This document shows positions 11,601 through 19,838 of a DNA stretch of 46,301 bases, piece by piece (positions within the stretch are counted from its first letter, which is position 1; each line of letters begins with the position of its first letter). The position numbers and the translations under genes are program-made. The notes beneath the pieces are model-generated. The model was not told where the DNA came from and ran no database searches. It saw only the letters and a list, made by a program, of their open reading frames with translations. Origin of the DNA: an uncultured bacterium (GTDB taxonomy: Bacteria; Hydrogenedentota; Hydrogenedentia; Hydrogenedentales; JAEUWI01); contig CAXBPH010000013.1 of assembly GCA_963977445.1 (NCBI GenBank), positions 1 to 46,301 on the forward strand, read 5' to 3'.

Positions 11601-11679
11601 TCCAGGACGGATCGGTGGCCGCCCAGACGTATACCGGCGCCAGGAGCGCCAGGATGAGTAGTGAAATTCTTTGTTTCAT
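8605..11679 (-). CDS. PVC-type heme-binding CxxCH protein (jelly-roll + dehydrogenase-like beta-propeller + HEAT repeats + cytochrome c)
   Basis: Signal peptide MKQRISLLILALLAPVYVWA; WIWL/ACDNE jelly-roll; GEHGPH, GFRN and FDADMEWD motifs; C-terminal CVVCH...VGPDL...SQMP cytochrome c. Confidence 0.85.
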   Translation of the reverse strand: MKQRISLLILALLAPVYVWAATDPSWIWLDEEKDGQSAWFVKSFSVEEGLEEAIVAGACDNELKIFINGDRVMQNGNWESVEVSPVKAKLKAGDNVIAIQASNQEGSTAAFCRLTLTYANGKESAVVTDGTWKASATEQEGWAMPGYDASAWGNAKALGVVGDPALVWTRVMTLDVLAQAESANLDPTPVAEVVKDLNLLPGFTAELLYTVPKGKQGSWVNLAKAPDGGFFVSDQGDAGLFHVKAATLGDPTSETVVTPIPAKITSAQGLLWAFDSLYVDVNDGGNSGLYRVTDSDGNGDLDAVELLRKIDGGGEHGPHGIILSEDGKSLYVNAGNHTNLVEVSGSRAPLNYGEDHLLPRQWDARGHAKGRMAPGGWVCKVSPDGTSWELVGNGFRNEFDIALNAEGELFTFDADMEWDIGSPWYRPTRVNHITSGSEFGWRSGTGKWPAYYEDSLPAVVDIGPGSPTGVTFGTGAKFPAKYQHAFYILDWTFGTMYAIHMTPEGSSYVGEKEEFVSGSPFPLTDAIVGDDGALYITVGGRGTQSALYRVYYTGDETTAPTPRKESQATLAARALRHSLEAFHGHEDSVAVETAWPHLSNADRYIRFAARIAIEAQPVATWQARALAEKDPQAAAVALIALARQGDAAIQGELLASLAQFDLAKMDENITLALLRAYALCYTRMGRPEQAVIDTAIAQIDPLLPSDSDNLNAELVRVLVYLDAPSIIEKGLALLADAKPTKIPDWAELLRRNPGYGGTIQQVLDNHPPSQKINYALMLRNVRYGWSMPQREAYFTFINDAAKFPGGASYSGFLTNIRDEALANCSDAEKLALAPITGQSLEAIPDFAVRDLEGASKSWTRESAMAAVKKAGLTGRNFENGRNSFYATGCVVCHRFDGAGGAVGPDLSSVSNKFSMADLLEAIIEPNNVISDQYSSSLVTLEDGTEYEGIVVNNSGSEEEGRMEIHTSDPKAEPIIVKTADVKSIEASRISQMPEGLADFMNENEFLDLLAYLMSRGNPDAPMFK

Positions 11680-11916
11680 AACACTTCCTATCGTTTTTAT
11701 CCAAAGTGGAGCTAGATTCACCACCGGGGTACACAGACAATCCATATACGTTGCTGTCGAAAGACCCGTCATACTGCCATATTTAGCGCAGAATATGAAA
11801 GGTCACTTCTCCGGCAACGCGCGGCCTTCGCCATCAACGGTGAACCTCCGACCGACACCTGCTATAATCGCTTTCCGTATATTTTCGATTGAAAGACCGT
11901 TTCCGAAGGAGTCACC

Positions 11917-12741
11917 ATGCCCGACAAGTTGACCGATACCGCCCGACTTTGTGTCCACACCATGACCACCAAACCGCTGGACCTGAAAGACGCCATTCCG
12001 GCCTATGAGGCGGCGGGTGTCAAGGGTATTACCCTCTGGCGCGATCACGTAGCCCCCTATGGCCCGAAAGAAGCGGCGAAAATGCTGAAAGACTCGGAGC
12101 TGGAAATCGTCAGCCTCTGCCGGGGCGGTTTTTTCCCCGCTACAGCGGGTATGGCCCGGGAAAAGGCCCGGACGGATAACCGGCGCATTATTGACGAAGC
12201 CGCCGAGCTTGGCGCGCCCGTGCTCGTGCTGGTCTGCGGGGCGATTCCGGATATCGATCTCCGAACCCAGCGGCAGCAAATCGCCGAAGCGATTCACTCG
12301 TTGGTGCCCTATGCGAAATCAGCAGGCGTCAAATTAGCCATTGAGCCCCTCCACCCCATGTATGCCGGGGACCGGTCGGCCATCAACACGATGGATCAGG
12401 CCAATAACATGATTATGATGCTCGATAGCGATCAAGTGGGCATCGCAATCGATGTCTATCATGTATGGTGGGACCATTTCCTCAAGGCAGAGATCGAGCG
12501 CGCGACGGGCACCATATTTGCCTTCCACGTATGCGACTGGCGTGTCCCAACCCGTGATATGCTCAATGACCGCGCCGTCATGGGCGACGGCTGTATTCAG
12601 ATCAATGAGATTCGGGGCTGGGTCGAAAAGGCCGGCTTCAACGGGTTCATCGAAGTAGAAATCTTCTCCGAAGAACTCTGGGAAATGGATCAGACCCGCT
12701 ATCTCAAACGGATCAAGAACGCCTATCTCAACCACGTATAA
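11917..12741 (+). CDS. Sugar phosphate isomerase/epimerase (xylose isomerase-like TIM barrel)
   Basis: LAIEPLHP, DVYH, FHVCD, MGDG and EVEIF metal-binding motifs. Confidence 0.88.
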   Translation: MPDKLTDTARLCVHTMTTKPLDLKDAIPAYEAAGVKGITLWRDHVAPYGPKEAAKMLKDSELEIVSLCRGGFFPATAGMAREKARTDNRRIIDEAAELGAPVLVLVCGAIPDIDLRTQRQQIAEAIHSLVPYAKSAGVKLAIEPLHPMYAGDRSAINTMDQANNMIMMLDSDQVGIAIDVYHVWWDHFLKAEIERATGTIFAFHVCDWRVPTRDMLNDRAVMGDGCIQINEIRGWVEKAGFNGFIEVEIFSEELWEMDQTRYLKRIKNAYLNHV

Positions 12742-13011
12742 ACGGGTCGAAAAGGCCGAACTACAGCAGGCTGCTGATAAATAGACTGACGGCGGACACC
12801 AGTTCGGTCGCAAAATTGAGCACGAAAAATAATGTGTCTCGTACCAATAAGAATAATGCCAACAAAATTTGCATGATTTACTCCGTACACCGGGTCACTA
12901 CGTCACCCCTGGCAAAAATATCAGGACGGAATTCGTGTCCTAACGGACATGCCGGTAGAGATCTTCCGTCTCGCCGAAGTATATCAGAAACCAATCAGGC
13001 AGGAACCATCT

Positions 13012-14511
13012 ATGAGCAACGCTCCCTTTGAAACCCTGAAAGAACGCCTCGCCGAAGTCTGCGACATCAACAGCGCCATCTCGCTGCTCCACTGGGACCA
13101 GGAGGTCAACATGCCGCCCAAGGCAGCACCAGGCCGGGGCCAGCAACTCGCGACCCTCTCGGGAATTGCCCACAATCGCTTTACCGACCCAGCCGTCGGG
13201 GATTTGCTCCGTGAACTCCAGGAACAGGAACTGACGGGGGACGAGGCCAAACTGATAAGTGAGGCCGCCTACGACTATGGCCGGGCGACCAAGCTGCCGG
13301 AATCCTTCGTGCACGAGCTCGCCATCGCCCAGAGCAAAGCATTTGCCGCCTGGACGGACGCGCGCAAGAATTCGAAGTTTGCCACCTTCCAGCCCCACCT
13401 GGAAAGCCTGCTGGAGCTGGTGCGGCGCAAAGCAGATTATTTCGGCTATGAAGATTCGCCCTACAACGCCCTGCTGAGCGAGTACGAGCGGGGGCTCAGC
13501 ACGGAAAAACTCAAGTCTATATTCGGCGATCTGGGGCCGCGACAGGGTGCCCTGGTGGACCGCATCGTAAATGCTCCGAATCAGCCCGACCTCGGCTGGC
13601 TCGACCAGGAATGGAATCCCGACACCCAATGGGCTCTGAGCCTGGACGTCCTCCGGGACATGGGCTATGACTTTGACGCGGGCCGACAGGACAAGTCGGT
13701 CCACCCCTTCTCCATCAACTTCGACACGAAAGATGTTCGGGTCACCACGCGCATTAACCCCCGGGAGCTCTTTTCCGGGCTTATGGGCTCCGTGCATGAA
13801 GGGGGCCACGCCCTCTACGAACAGGGATTCCTCGACAGCGACCGGCGCACCGTCCTCGCTCAGGCCATATCCCTGGGTATCCACGAATCCCAATCACTCT
13901 TGTGGGAAAACGTCATCGCCCACAGTCTGCCCTTCTGGAATCGCTACGCACACCGCCTTGAAGCCGCCTACCCCGGCCAGTTGGATGGCCGCACGCCCGA
14001 GGATTTCCACCGGGCCGTCAACCACGTCACGCCGAGTCTAATCCGCGTCGAAGCAGACGAATGTACCTACAATCTCCACGTCATCCTCCGCTTTGAAATC
14101 GAACTGGCGTTGGTGGAAGGCGACCTGAAGGTGGCCGATGTACCCGAAGCGTGGAATGCCAAAATGAAGCAATATCTTGGCTTGGACGTACCCAATGACG
14201 CGCTGGGTTGCCTCCAGGATATTCACTGGTCCCACGGCAGCCTCGGCTACTTCCCCACCTACGCCCTGGGCAATCTCTACGGAGCCCAGCTTTTTGAGGC
14301 AATCGAGGCGGCCCTGCCCGACCTGTGGACCCAGGTGGAAGCGGGTGACTTCGCCCCCCTCCTTGGCTGGCTCCGCAAGAACGTGCACGAGGTGGGACGG
14401 CGTAAAACCGCTGTCGAACTCATCAAGGATGTCACCGGGAAAGAACCCGACGCCGACGCCTTCATGCGCCATCTGGAACGGCGTTATTTGCCGCTCTATG
14501 GGCTGAGCTGA
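13012..14511 (+). CDS. Carboxypeptidase M32 (Taq) family
   Basis: LLHWDQE, HPF, DVRVTTR, HEGGH, HESQS, IRVEADE, GCLQDIHW and GYFPTY motifs. Confidence 0.95.
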   Translation: MSNAPFETLKERLAEVCDINSAISLLHWDQEVNMPPKAAPGRGQQLATLSGIAHNRFTDPAVGDLLRELQEQELTGDEAKLISEAAYDYGRATKLPESFVHELAIAQSKAFAAWTDARKNSKFATFQPHLESLLELVRRKADYFGYEDSPYNALLSEYERGLSTEKLKSIFGDLGPRQGALVDRIVNAPNQPDLGWLDQEWNPDTQWALSLDVLRDMGYDFDAGRQDKSVHPFSINFDTKDVRVTTRINPRELFSGLMGSVHEGGHALYEQGFLDSDRRTVLAQAISLGIHESQSLLWENVIAHSLPFWNRYAHRLEAAYPGQLDGRTPEDFHRAVNHVTPSLIRVEADECTYNLHVILRFEIELALVEGDLKVADVPEAWNAKMKQYLGLDVPNDALGCLQDIHWSHGSLGYFPTYALGNLYGAQLFEAIEAALPDLWTQVEAGDFAPLLGWLRKNVHEVGRRKTAVELIKDVTGKEPDADAFMRHLERRYLPLYGLS

Positions 14512-14532
14512 ACGCCCTATAAATTTACAATG

Positions 14533-14570
14533 ACGCCTCGTGTCCCGCGAAACCGGGACACGAGGCGTTT
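14533..14570 (+). terminator. Long hairpin/terminator downstream of the M32 gene
   Basis: ACGCCTCGTGTCCCG-CGAAAC-CGGGACACGAGGCGT perfect 15-bp stem, followed by TT. Confidence 0.7.
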
Positions 14571-14683
14571 CGTATTTGGATACATCCAAGTCGCTACGCA
14601 GGGGGGAAGACGATACGTGTAGTGCCCATGAATACCCATCCCACAAAAACGGTCCATATCTGAGCCAGGAAAGAAAACGATAG

Positions 14684-14730
14684 GGGTGCCACCCATACGC
14701 GGAGGAGCGAAGCGGGGGAGCTTATGGGTG
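14684..14730 (+). repeat. REP-like hairpin with GGGTGCCAC head (variant)
   Basis: GGGTGC-CACCCATA...TATGGGTG; the head is the same as at 15334 and 4783-4819. Confidence 0.45.
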
Positions 14731-14844
14731 ATTCTGAAAATCCGGAACCCGAAAACTGGGAACCAGAGAAGCACTCATCGTGCCACGTCGTAGACGCGCC
14801 GTAGGCGGGCGATCCGACAACGTCGGTTCGTGTGAAGAGCCCCC

Positions 14845-15201
14845 TCAGCCAAACAACTCCGCCCAGACCTCTTCCTTAAAACCTACGGTCGCCACACCAT
14901 CGCCCAACACAAAGGGCCGCTTCACCAGATTACCGTTTTCTGACAAGAGGGCAAGGGCTTCCTTTTCAGAAAGGGTCGGCAGTTTATCTTTCATATTGAG
15001 CGCTTTGTAGTCCTGGCCCGAGGTATTGAAAAGCTTCTTCACATTGCCGTCCATGGCGACCAACATCTTTTTCAGCTCCGCCACGGTTGGAGGCGTCTCC
15101 CGAATGGGCAGATTCTTGTAGATGATTTCTTTGCTGTCGAGCCACTTCAGGGCCTTCTGGCAGGTTCCGCAATTCTTATAGGTATAAAGTTTCAGGGCCA
15201 T
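14845..15201 (-). CDS. ArsC/Spx/MgsR family protein
   Basis: YTYKNCGTCQKA, LFNTSGQDYK and LVKRPF motifs. Confidence 0.92.
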   Translation of the reverse strand: MALKLYTYKNCGTCQKALKWLDSKEIIYKNLPIRETPPTVAELKKMLVAMDGNVKKLFNTSGQDYKALNMKDKLPTLSEKEALALLSENGNLVKRPFVLGDGVATVGFKEEVWAELFG

Positions 15202-15333
15202 GAGAGTCTTCCTGTTCACGTATCGGTTGAATGCACTTATCAAGGGCTGCATCGTACCGCGAGGGCGCTGCGGCCCGCAAGATCAAGAATTACCTGGGCA
15301 GTTAAGCCAACTATTTTGAAACCAAGCGTCTGT

Positions 15334-15371
15334 CTGGGTGCCACGGACAAGCCCGCCAGGGTTTGCCCGTG
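15334..15371 (+). repeat. REP-like palindrome, GGGTG(G/C)CAC family, copy 2
   Basis: CTGGGTGCCACGGACAAGCCCGCCAGGGTTTGCCCGTG compared with the reverse complement of 4783-4819, CTGGGTGGCACGGACAAGTCTGCCAGACTTGCCCGTG. Confidence 0.7.
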
Positions 15372-15502
15372 CTGGGACGGGAAAGCGTCCACATGACAGC
15401 GAGTACGCTCGCAAAGACAAGGTCTTGTGTATCACCTTATTGAAAGTCGTTTCTGTTTTTGGAAGCCCCCACATTTCCACCGCAGTGAATCTGCGACACG
15501 AA

Positions 15503-15559
15503 GATGACGGCCTTCGGCTTTTCGCCTATTCGTGCTCCACCAGAAATAAATCGACCGCG
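15503..15559 (-). repeat. Partial inverted copy of the repeat at 20780-20839
   Basis: GATGACGGCCTTCGGC...TTCGTGCTCCA...TAAATCGACCGC is the reverse complement of GCGGCCGATTTA...TGG(G/A)GCCCGAA...GCCGAAGGCCGTCATC. Confidence 0.65.
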
Positions 15560-15651
15560 CCCATGCCCCCAGGCAATTCTGCCCTTGCGTACACCCCCCC
15601 GACCTGCTAGGATTGGTTATAACCATTTTTAAAACCCCATGAGGTACGCCA

Positions 15652-16872
15652 ATGAACCTTCGCGCTGTAGTTATTCCCATTGCGATCACCCTGATGTCGT
15701 TTACCGCACAGGCCGACACGACCTTCACCGAGAATCTCATCTTTGGCGGATACAGTTATCCCTATGGCATCGCAGCCGGTGACCTGGACGGCGATGGGGA
15801 CCTCGACATCTCCAGCGCCGACTGCAAGACCAATGATTCGGTCTACTGGTTTGAGAACGATGGCAACGGCACCTTTACCCAGCACTTCGTCCAGAAAAAT
15901 GATCCGGAGCGACTCGAGCGCCACCTGCTGGGTGATGTCAATGGCGATGGCCACCTGGACATCGTCATCGTAAAAAACCTTCGGGGTCATCTCCTCTGGT
16001 TTGAAAACAACGGCACCCCAAAAGACGGACAGCTCTGGAAACGCCACGTCATCACAGAGGATCTCCCCGGAGCCTATGACGTGGCACTCGCCGACATCGA
16101 CAAGGACGGCGACCTCGATGTGGCCGCCTCCAGTTGGGTGCTGGGCAATCAGTTTGCCTGGTTTGAAAACGACGGCACACCGGACACGGACCACTGGACC
16201 AAACACATGATAGAGGCCGACGTCGACGAGACCCGCGCCATTCGCGCCGCCGATTTTGATCAGGATGGCGACGTGGATCTTATGGGTGTAATCGCCGTGA
16301 ATCCAACCCTTCAGGACGACGGAACAAAGGTGTTCAAGCCCGGATTCGTCGTCTGGTATGAGCAGTATCGCGATAACGACGCCATCGCTTTCCGACGCCA
16401 CGATGTCGCCCAGGCCATTCGCCCCCTCCACGGGGAGCCGGCCGACATGGATGGCGACGGCGATTTGGACATCGTCATGGCCATGGGCATGTCCGCCCCC
16501 GTAGAACGCACGGATACCCATCGGGTCCTCTGGTATGAAAACACGGCGGACCGCAACGCCCTCTGGCCCACCCATGTGGTGGCCGATGGATTCAGTGACA
16601 GCTTCGAAGCCATCGCCCATGATATGGACGGCGACGGGGACATGGATGTGGTGGCCACCTCGTGGCGTACGCCGGGTCGGGTCGTCTGGTTTGAAAACGG
16701 CGGGGACCCCAAAGGCACGTGGACGATGCATCCCTTGAAGAGCGATTGGCGCAGTGCCAACCAGGTTATCGTAGCCGACTTTGATGGTAACGGGAAGCCC
16801 GATATTGCGGCCATTGCAGAACACGGAAGTTACGAACTGCGGTGGTGGAGAAATGAAGGAAGCACGCGCTAA
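15652..16872 (+). CDS. Secreted FG-GAP/VCBS repeat beta-propeller protein
   Basis: Signal peptide plus about 7 repeats of D(L/M)DGDGDLD...W(F/Y)EN. Confidence 0.9.
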   Translation: MNLRAVVIPIAITLMSFTAQADTTFTENLIFGGYSYPYGIAAGDLDGDGDLDISSADCKTNDSVYWFENDGNGTFTQHFVQKNDPERLERHLLGDVNGDGHLDIVIVKNLRGHLLWFENNGTPKDGQLWKRHVITEDLPGAYDVALADIDKDGDLDVAASSWVLGNQFAWFENDGTPDTDHWTKHMIEADVDETRAIRAADFDQDGDVDLMGVIAVNPTLQDDGTKVFKPGFVVWYEQYRDNDAIAFRRHDVAQAIRPLHGEPADMDGDGDLDIVMAMGMSAPVERTDTHRVLWYENTADRNALWPTHVVADGFSDSFEAIAHDMDGDGDMDVVATSWRTPGRVVWFENGGDPKGTWTMHPLKSDWRSANQVIVADFDGNGKPDIAAIAEHGSYELRWWRNEGSTR

Positions 16873-16908
16873 GTCCGGTGCCGTGCCTAGGGATTAGAAT
16901 CTGAGCGT

Positions 16909-17529
16909 TTAGCCCAGAAACAGCAAGGGTAAGACGTCCAGCACCAAGGCAATCACAGCGAACTTTGAACACCGCTTATCCCAGGGATAAAGGCTTGAGA
17001 TGGCATAGATGGCCGAGGCGACGATGGCAACGACGCCTACGCCCACAAGAGGAAAGGTCAGAATGGGGAGTGGCGAACCCGCCAGCGCTGCGGTAAACGG
17101 GTCTTCGCGCAGATAAAAATGGAGGCCAGCCGCTATGCCTATTAAGACCAGGCCTACGACCGAAAGGAAGAGGGAGGCACCGGCCTTGGGAATAACACGG
17201 CGGGCTTCGCAGGAACTGGATGAAGAGGGAACTTCGACGTAGACGATGCCATCTTCCCCCATGACCCGTGCCGTAAGCACCGTGGCCAGCGCGAGCATTT
17301 TGGAGAGGTCATCGCGATTCGCCTCGACCCCAACTATGTTGCCCCGCTCGAGATAGAAGGCCTTCTCGTGGTCGCACCAGGAAACAGCGAAGGATGGATC
17401 GGAGCCAGGCCGCTCCCACATCAACTCCGCGTCTTCCTCGACACAAGCACACCACTCCGCTTCCGTTATGGCCGGCCCATCTTCCCGCGACCATCGGTTA
17501 CGGCGTGTTATGTAGTACGTGTTCCCCAA
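16909..17529 (-). CDS. Hypothetical membrane protein (soluble N-terminal domain + 3 C-terminal TM helices)
   Basis: 206-aa ORF with a TTG start, 8 bp after the upstream gene's stop; N-terminus YYITRR..W...I...EW...V..D.EL; hydrophobic C-terminus. Confidence 0.6.
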   Translation of the reverse strand: MGNTYYITRRNRWSREDGPAITEAEWCACVEEDAELMWERPGSDPSFAVSWCDHEKAFYLERGNIVGVEANRDDLSKMLALATVLTARVMGEDGIVYVEVPSSSSSCEARRVIPKAGASLFLSVVGLVLIGIAAGLHFYLREDPFTAALAGSPLPILTFPLVGVGVVAIVASAIYAISSLYPWDKRCSKFAVIALVLDVLPLLFLG

Positions 17530-17537
17530 AACGAATT

Positions 17538-17963
17538 TCAGTCTCCGGTCAACCTCAGCTGTACATTTCCCAATGAAATGGCGTTGGTCCCTTTGCCGAA
17601 TTTTACGGGTATTATCACCACACCGATCTTTTCCGCCTCCAGTACAAATTCCACCACCGTCTCCTCCCCTTTTTCTTCGTCGGTGCAGTTGTCACACTGA
17701 TCCGGATACCAGGTACCCCCGTAGGTAAATTCCAATTTTCCCGCCTGATCGGTGAATCCATCATAGATCACCCTATCCCCAACTTTCACGACGATGTGAA
17801 TCCCCTTAATGGGCTGATGGCCCACACCGTCTACGAGCGTACCGTGTACAACTATTTGGTAGTCATGTCGGACGTGACTATGCACACATCCCGCACAGAA
17901 AAATGCGAGGAACAACCCAACTACCGCAACCGTCGGAACAATAAACCGTCGGGCTATATTCAC
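17538..17963 (-). CDS. Hypothetical lipoprotein (transthyretin/carboxypeptidase-regulatory-like beta-sandwich)
   Basis: RRF + hydrophobic stretch + CAGC lipobox; VHGTLVD...PIKG...TDQAGK pattern. The start is uncertain (GTG at 17963 or ATG at 18014). Confidence 0.6.
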   Translation of the reverse strand: MNIARRFIVPTVAVVGLFLAFFCAGCVHSHVRHDYQIVVHGTLVDGVGHQPIKGIHIVVKVGDRVIYDGFTDQAGKLEFTYGGTWYPDQCDNCTDEEKGEETVVEFVLEAEKIGVVIIPVKFGKGTNAISLGNVQLRLTGD

Positions 17964-18284
17964 CCGTACTGGACACACGTTCCGTGCATTCAGGCACCGT
18001 GGTTCTGTTGACATCCTGCGACACTCCTGCTGCAACACATCCCTGAACCCGCAAGACCCACGCCTCGCAAATGGGCACCATGGGTCACCACTATACCACC
18101 GAATGTCGCGCTTGTAAAATCGACGATTTTGTACGAATACAACTAAATCAAGAAAAACGGGCGGGGCACGTAGAAAACACCCTGGGGGTGTTAAGCTATC
18201 GATATATCAGACAGGAATGTTTGATTCCCTGGTGCCGTCGGGCCGGCGGCGCTCCATAGGAGCACCGCCTCTGCTAGCAATAAT

Positions 18285-19688
18285 TCAGCTACCCGCCACC
18301 ACGACCGGTTCGGGAAGTTCCCGGACAATTTCCTCAACGCGATAGCCAAAGCCACTGCCCGATATGGAATCCAATCTCACCACGCCATCACGACGTTTAT
18401 AGAGGCCCGGGTGGACCTGGGCTTCGGGCAGGCTCGCATCGGGGTAAAACTGCATGGCGTTGGTCTCTACGCCCATAATCGTGCCTGCATGGGCCGCGAG
18501 GAGCACGTGAGGGATCTGCGCGAGCATGGGGTTGGTGAGGTCCTGCACCATGAGGGTCATGCCATGGGCCTTTGCCCAACACAGGCTCAAGAGCGCGCCC
18601 GTCTGGGTCTTGCAGGTCTTCAGGGCGACACCGGTCCAGCCCAATTCGCGACCAAGCCGCACGTGCTCCCAATCGTGTGCGCTCTCATCCATGAAGAGGG
18701 GCTTTCGCGAAGAAACGCTGTGGACGTCGATTCGGTGTTCTTCCAGTTCATAGGGGAAGGGCTGTTCGACATAGAGCAACATGCCGCAAATGCGGGGATG
18801 CTCAATAATCAATCGGTCCAGAATGATGTTCACATAGGACGGGTCGGTGACGGTGCAATTGAAATCGGTGGTCAGCCAGACGACCCCTTCCTCGATGGCG
18901 ATAGTGCCCACATCAACGATGCGCTGGTAATCCCAGGTGGCGTCGGTGCCGCAGAGCTTAATCTTGAGACAGGTCAAACCATCTGCCCGAATCCAGTCCC
19001 GCAGAAGCACCGGGTAGTTATCCTGGGGCAGAACAATATCGGGCTCGAAGGCATTCAGGGGGTCCTTGCCGCCAACCAGATGCCAGGCCTGCAGATCCAT
19101 ACGCTGAGGTAATTGAAAAAAATCCTGGGGATATTTTCCAGAGAACGACACCTCCGCACCGACCGCGGGCTCAATGAAGGTGGTCAGATCCCGGCTCATG
19201 TAGTTCCCGTTGTAGGTTTCATAAGTCGCCACGCTGTTTGCGTTACCATAGGCATCGTGCAAGGCGATATCGAAGGCCGAACAACAGACCAGCGCCGCAA
19301 GCCAGGGCATGGCTTCCTCGTCTCGTGCTGCATTGAAGTCTGCCAACAAGGCAGGCAGACGTTGCTGAAGGAAATCGTGGCCCACTTCCATGGCATGGCC
19401 CGAGACGTCAAAACTGGCCCACGCGGCAGCAAGCGCCTCGCAAAATGCCATCATGGCCCCTTCCCGGATGCTGTATTCCAGGGTGCTGGGCCAGACCCAA
19501 TTGCCGCTGAGGGGGGTTTCACCCCACCCGACGACGTGGTTTCCACTGCGATCTTCCACAACGAGCTTCACCCGCGCGCATTGAATATGGGTCGAAACGG
19601 CACTGCCAAACTTCAAGGGGACCCGCAACGTACAGGGAATATAGTAAAGACTGGCGGCAACAGGGCGTATATCGGTAGGTTTTGACAA
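18285..19688 (-). CDS. Enolase superfamily (mandelate racemase/muconate lactonizing-like) enzyme
   Basis: LRVPLKFG, GWGE, KIKL (KxK), TDFN, YVEQP, MDES and ALKTCK metal-ligand pattern. Confidence 0.85.
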   Translation of the reverse strand: MSKPTDIRPVAASLYYIPCTLRVPLKFGSAVSTHIQCARVKLVVEDRSGNHVVGWGETPLSGNWVWPSTLEYSIREGAMMAFCEALAAAWASFDVSGHAMEVGHDFLQQRLPALLADFNAARDEEAMPWLAALVCCSAFDIALHDAYGNANSVATYETYNGNYMSRDLTTFIEPAVGAEVSFSGKYPQDFFQLPQRMDLQAWHLVGGKDPLNAFEPDIVLPQDNYPVLLRDWIRADGLTCLKIKLCGTDATWDYQRIVDVGTIAIEEGVVWLTTDFNCTVTDPSYVNIILDRLIIEHPRICGMLLYVEQPFPYELEEHRIDVHSVSSRKPLFMDESAHDWEHVRLGRELGWTGVALKTCKTQTGALLSLCWAKAHGMTLMVQDLTNPMLAQIPHVLLAAHAGTIMGVETNAMQFYPDASLPEAQVHPGLYKRRDGVVRLDSISGSGFGYRVEEIVRELPEPVVVAGS

Positions 19689-19838
19689 GACGGCAATTCC
19701 TTTAGCGCGTATTTTACACGCGTAGTAGTTAATTCAACGCTGAAGAGAAAGTGTGCCACGGCGAGACCATGTACTACAATGCCCTTTCCCTTAATCCATC
19801 GTCCTGGAAAGTTTCCCGTGCTCCAAACCACCCGTCCC

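Noticed and set aside
10579..11661. Long antisense or alternate-frame ORFs (e.g. 10579-11661, 7391-8506, 12940-13893, 15607-16824, 25034-26101)
   Set aside because: They overlap well-supported genes, lack recognisable motifs, and are expected shadows in GC-rich coding DNA.
16873..18284. Integron gene cassettes for the two orphan genes
   Set aside because: No RYYYAAC...GTTRRRY attC structure follows either stop codon, and no integrase is present.
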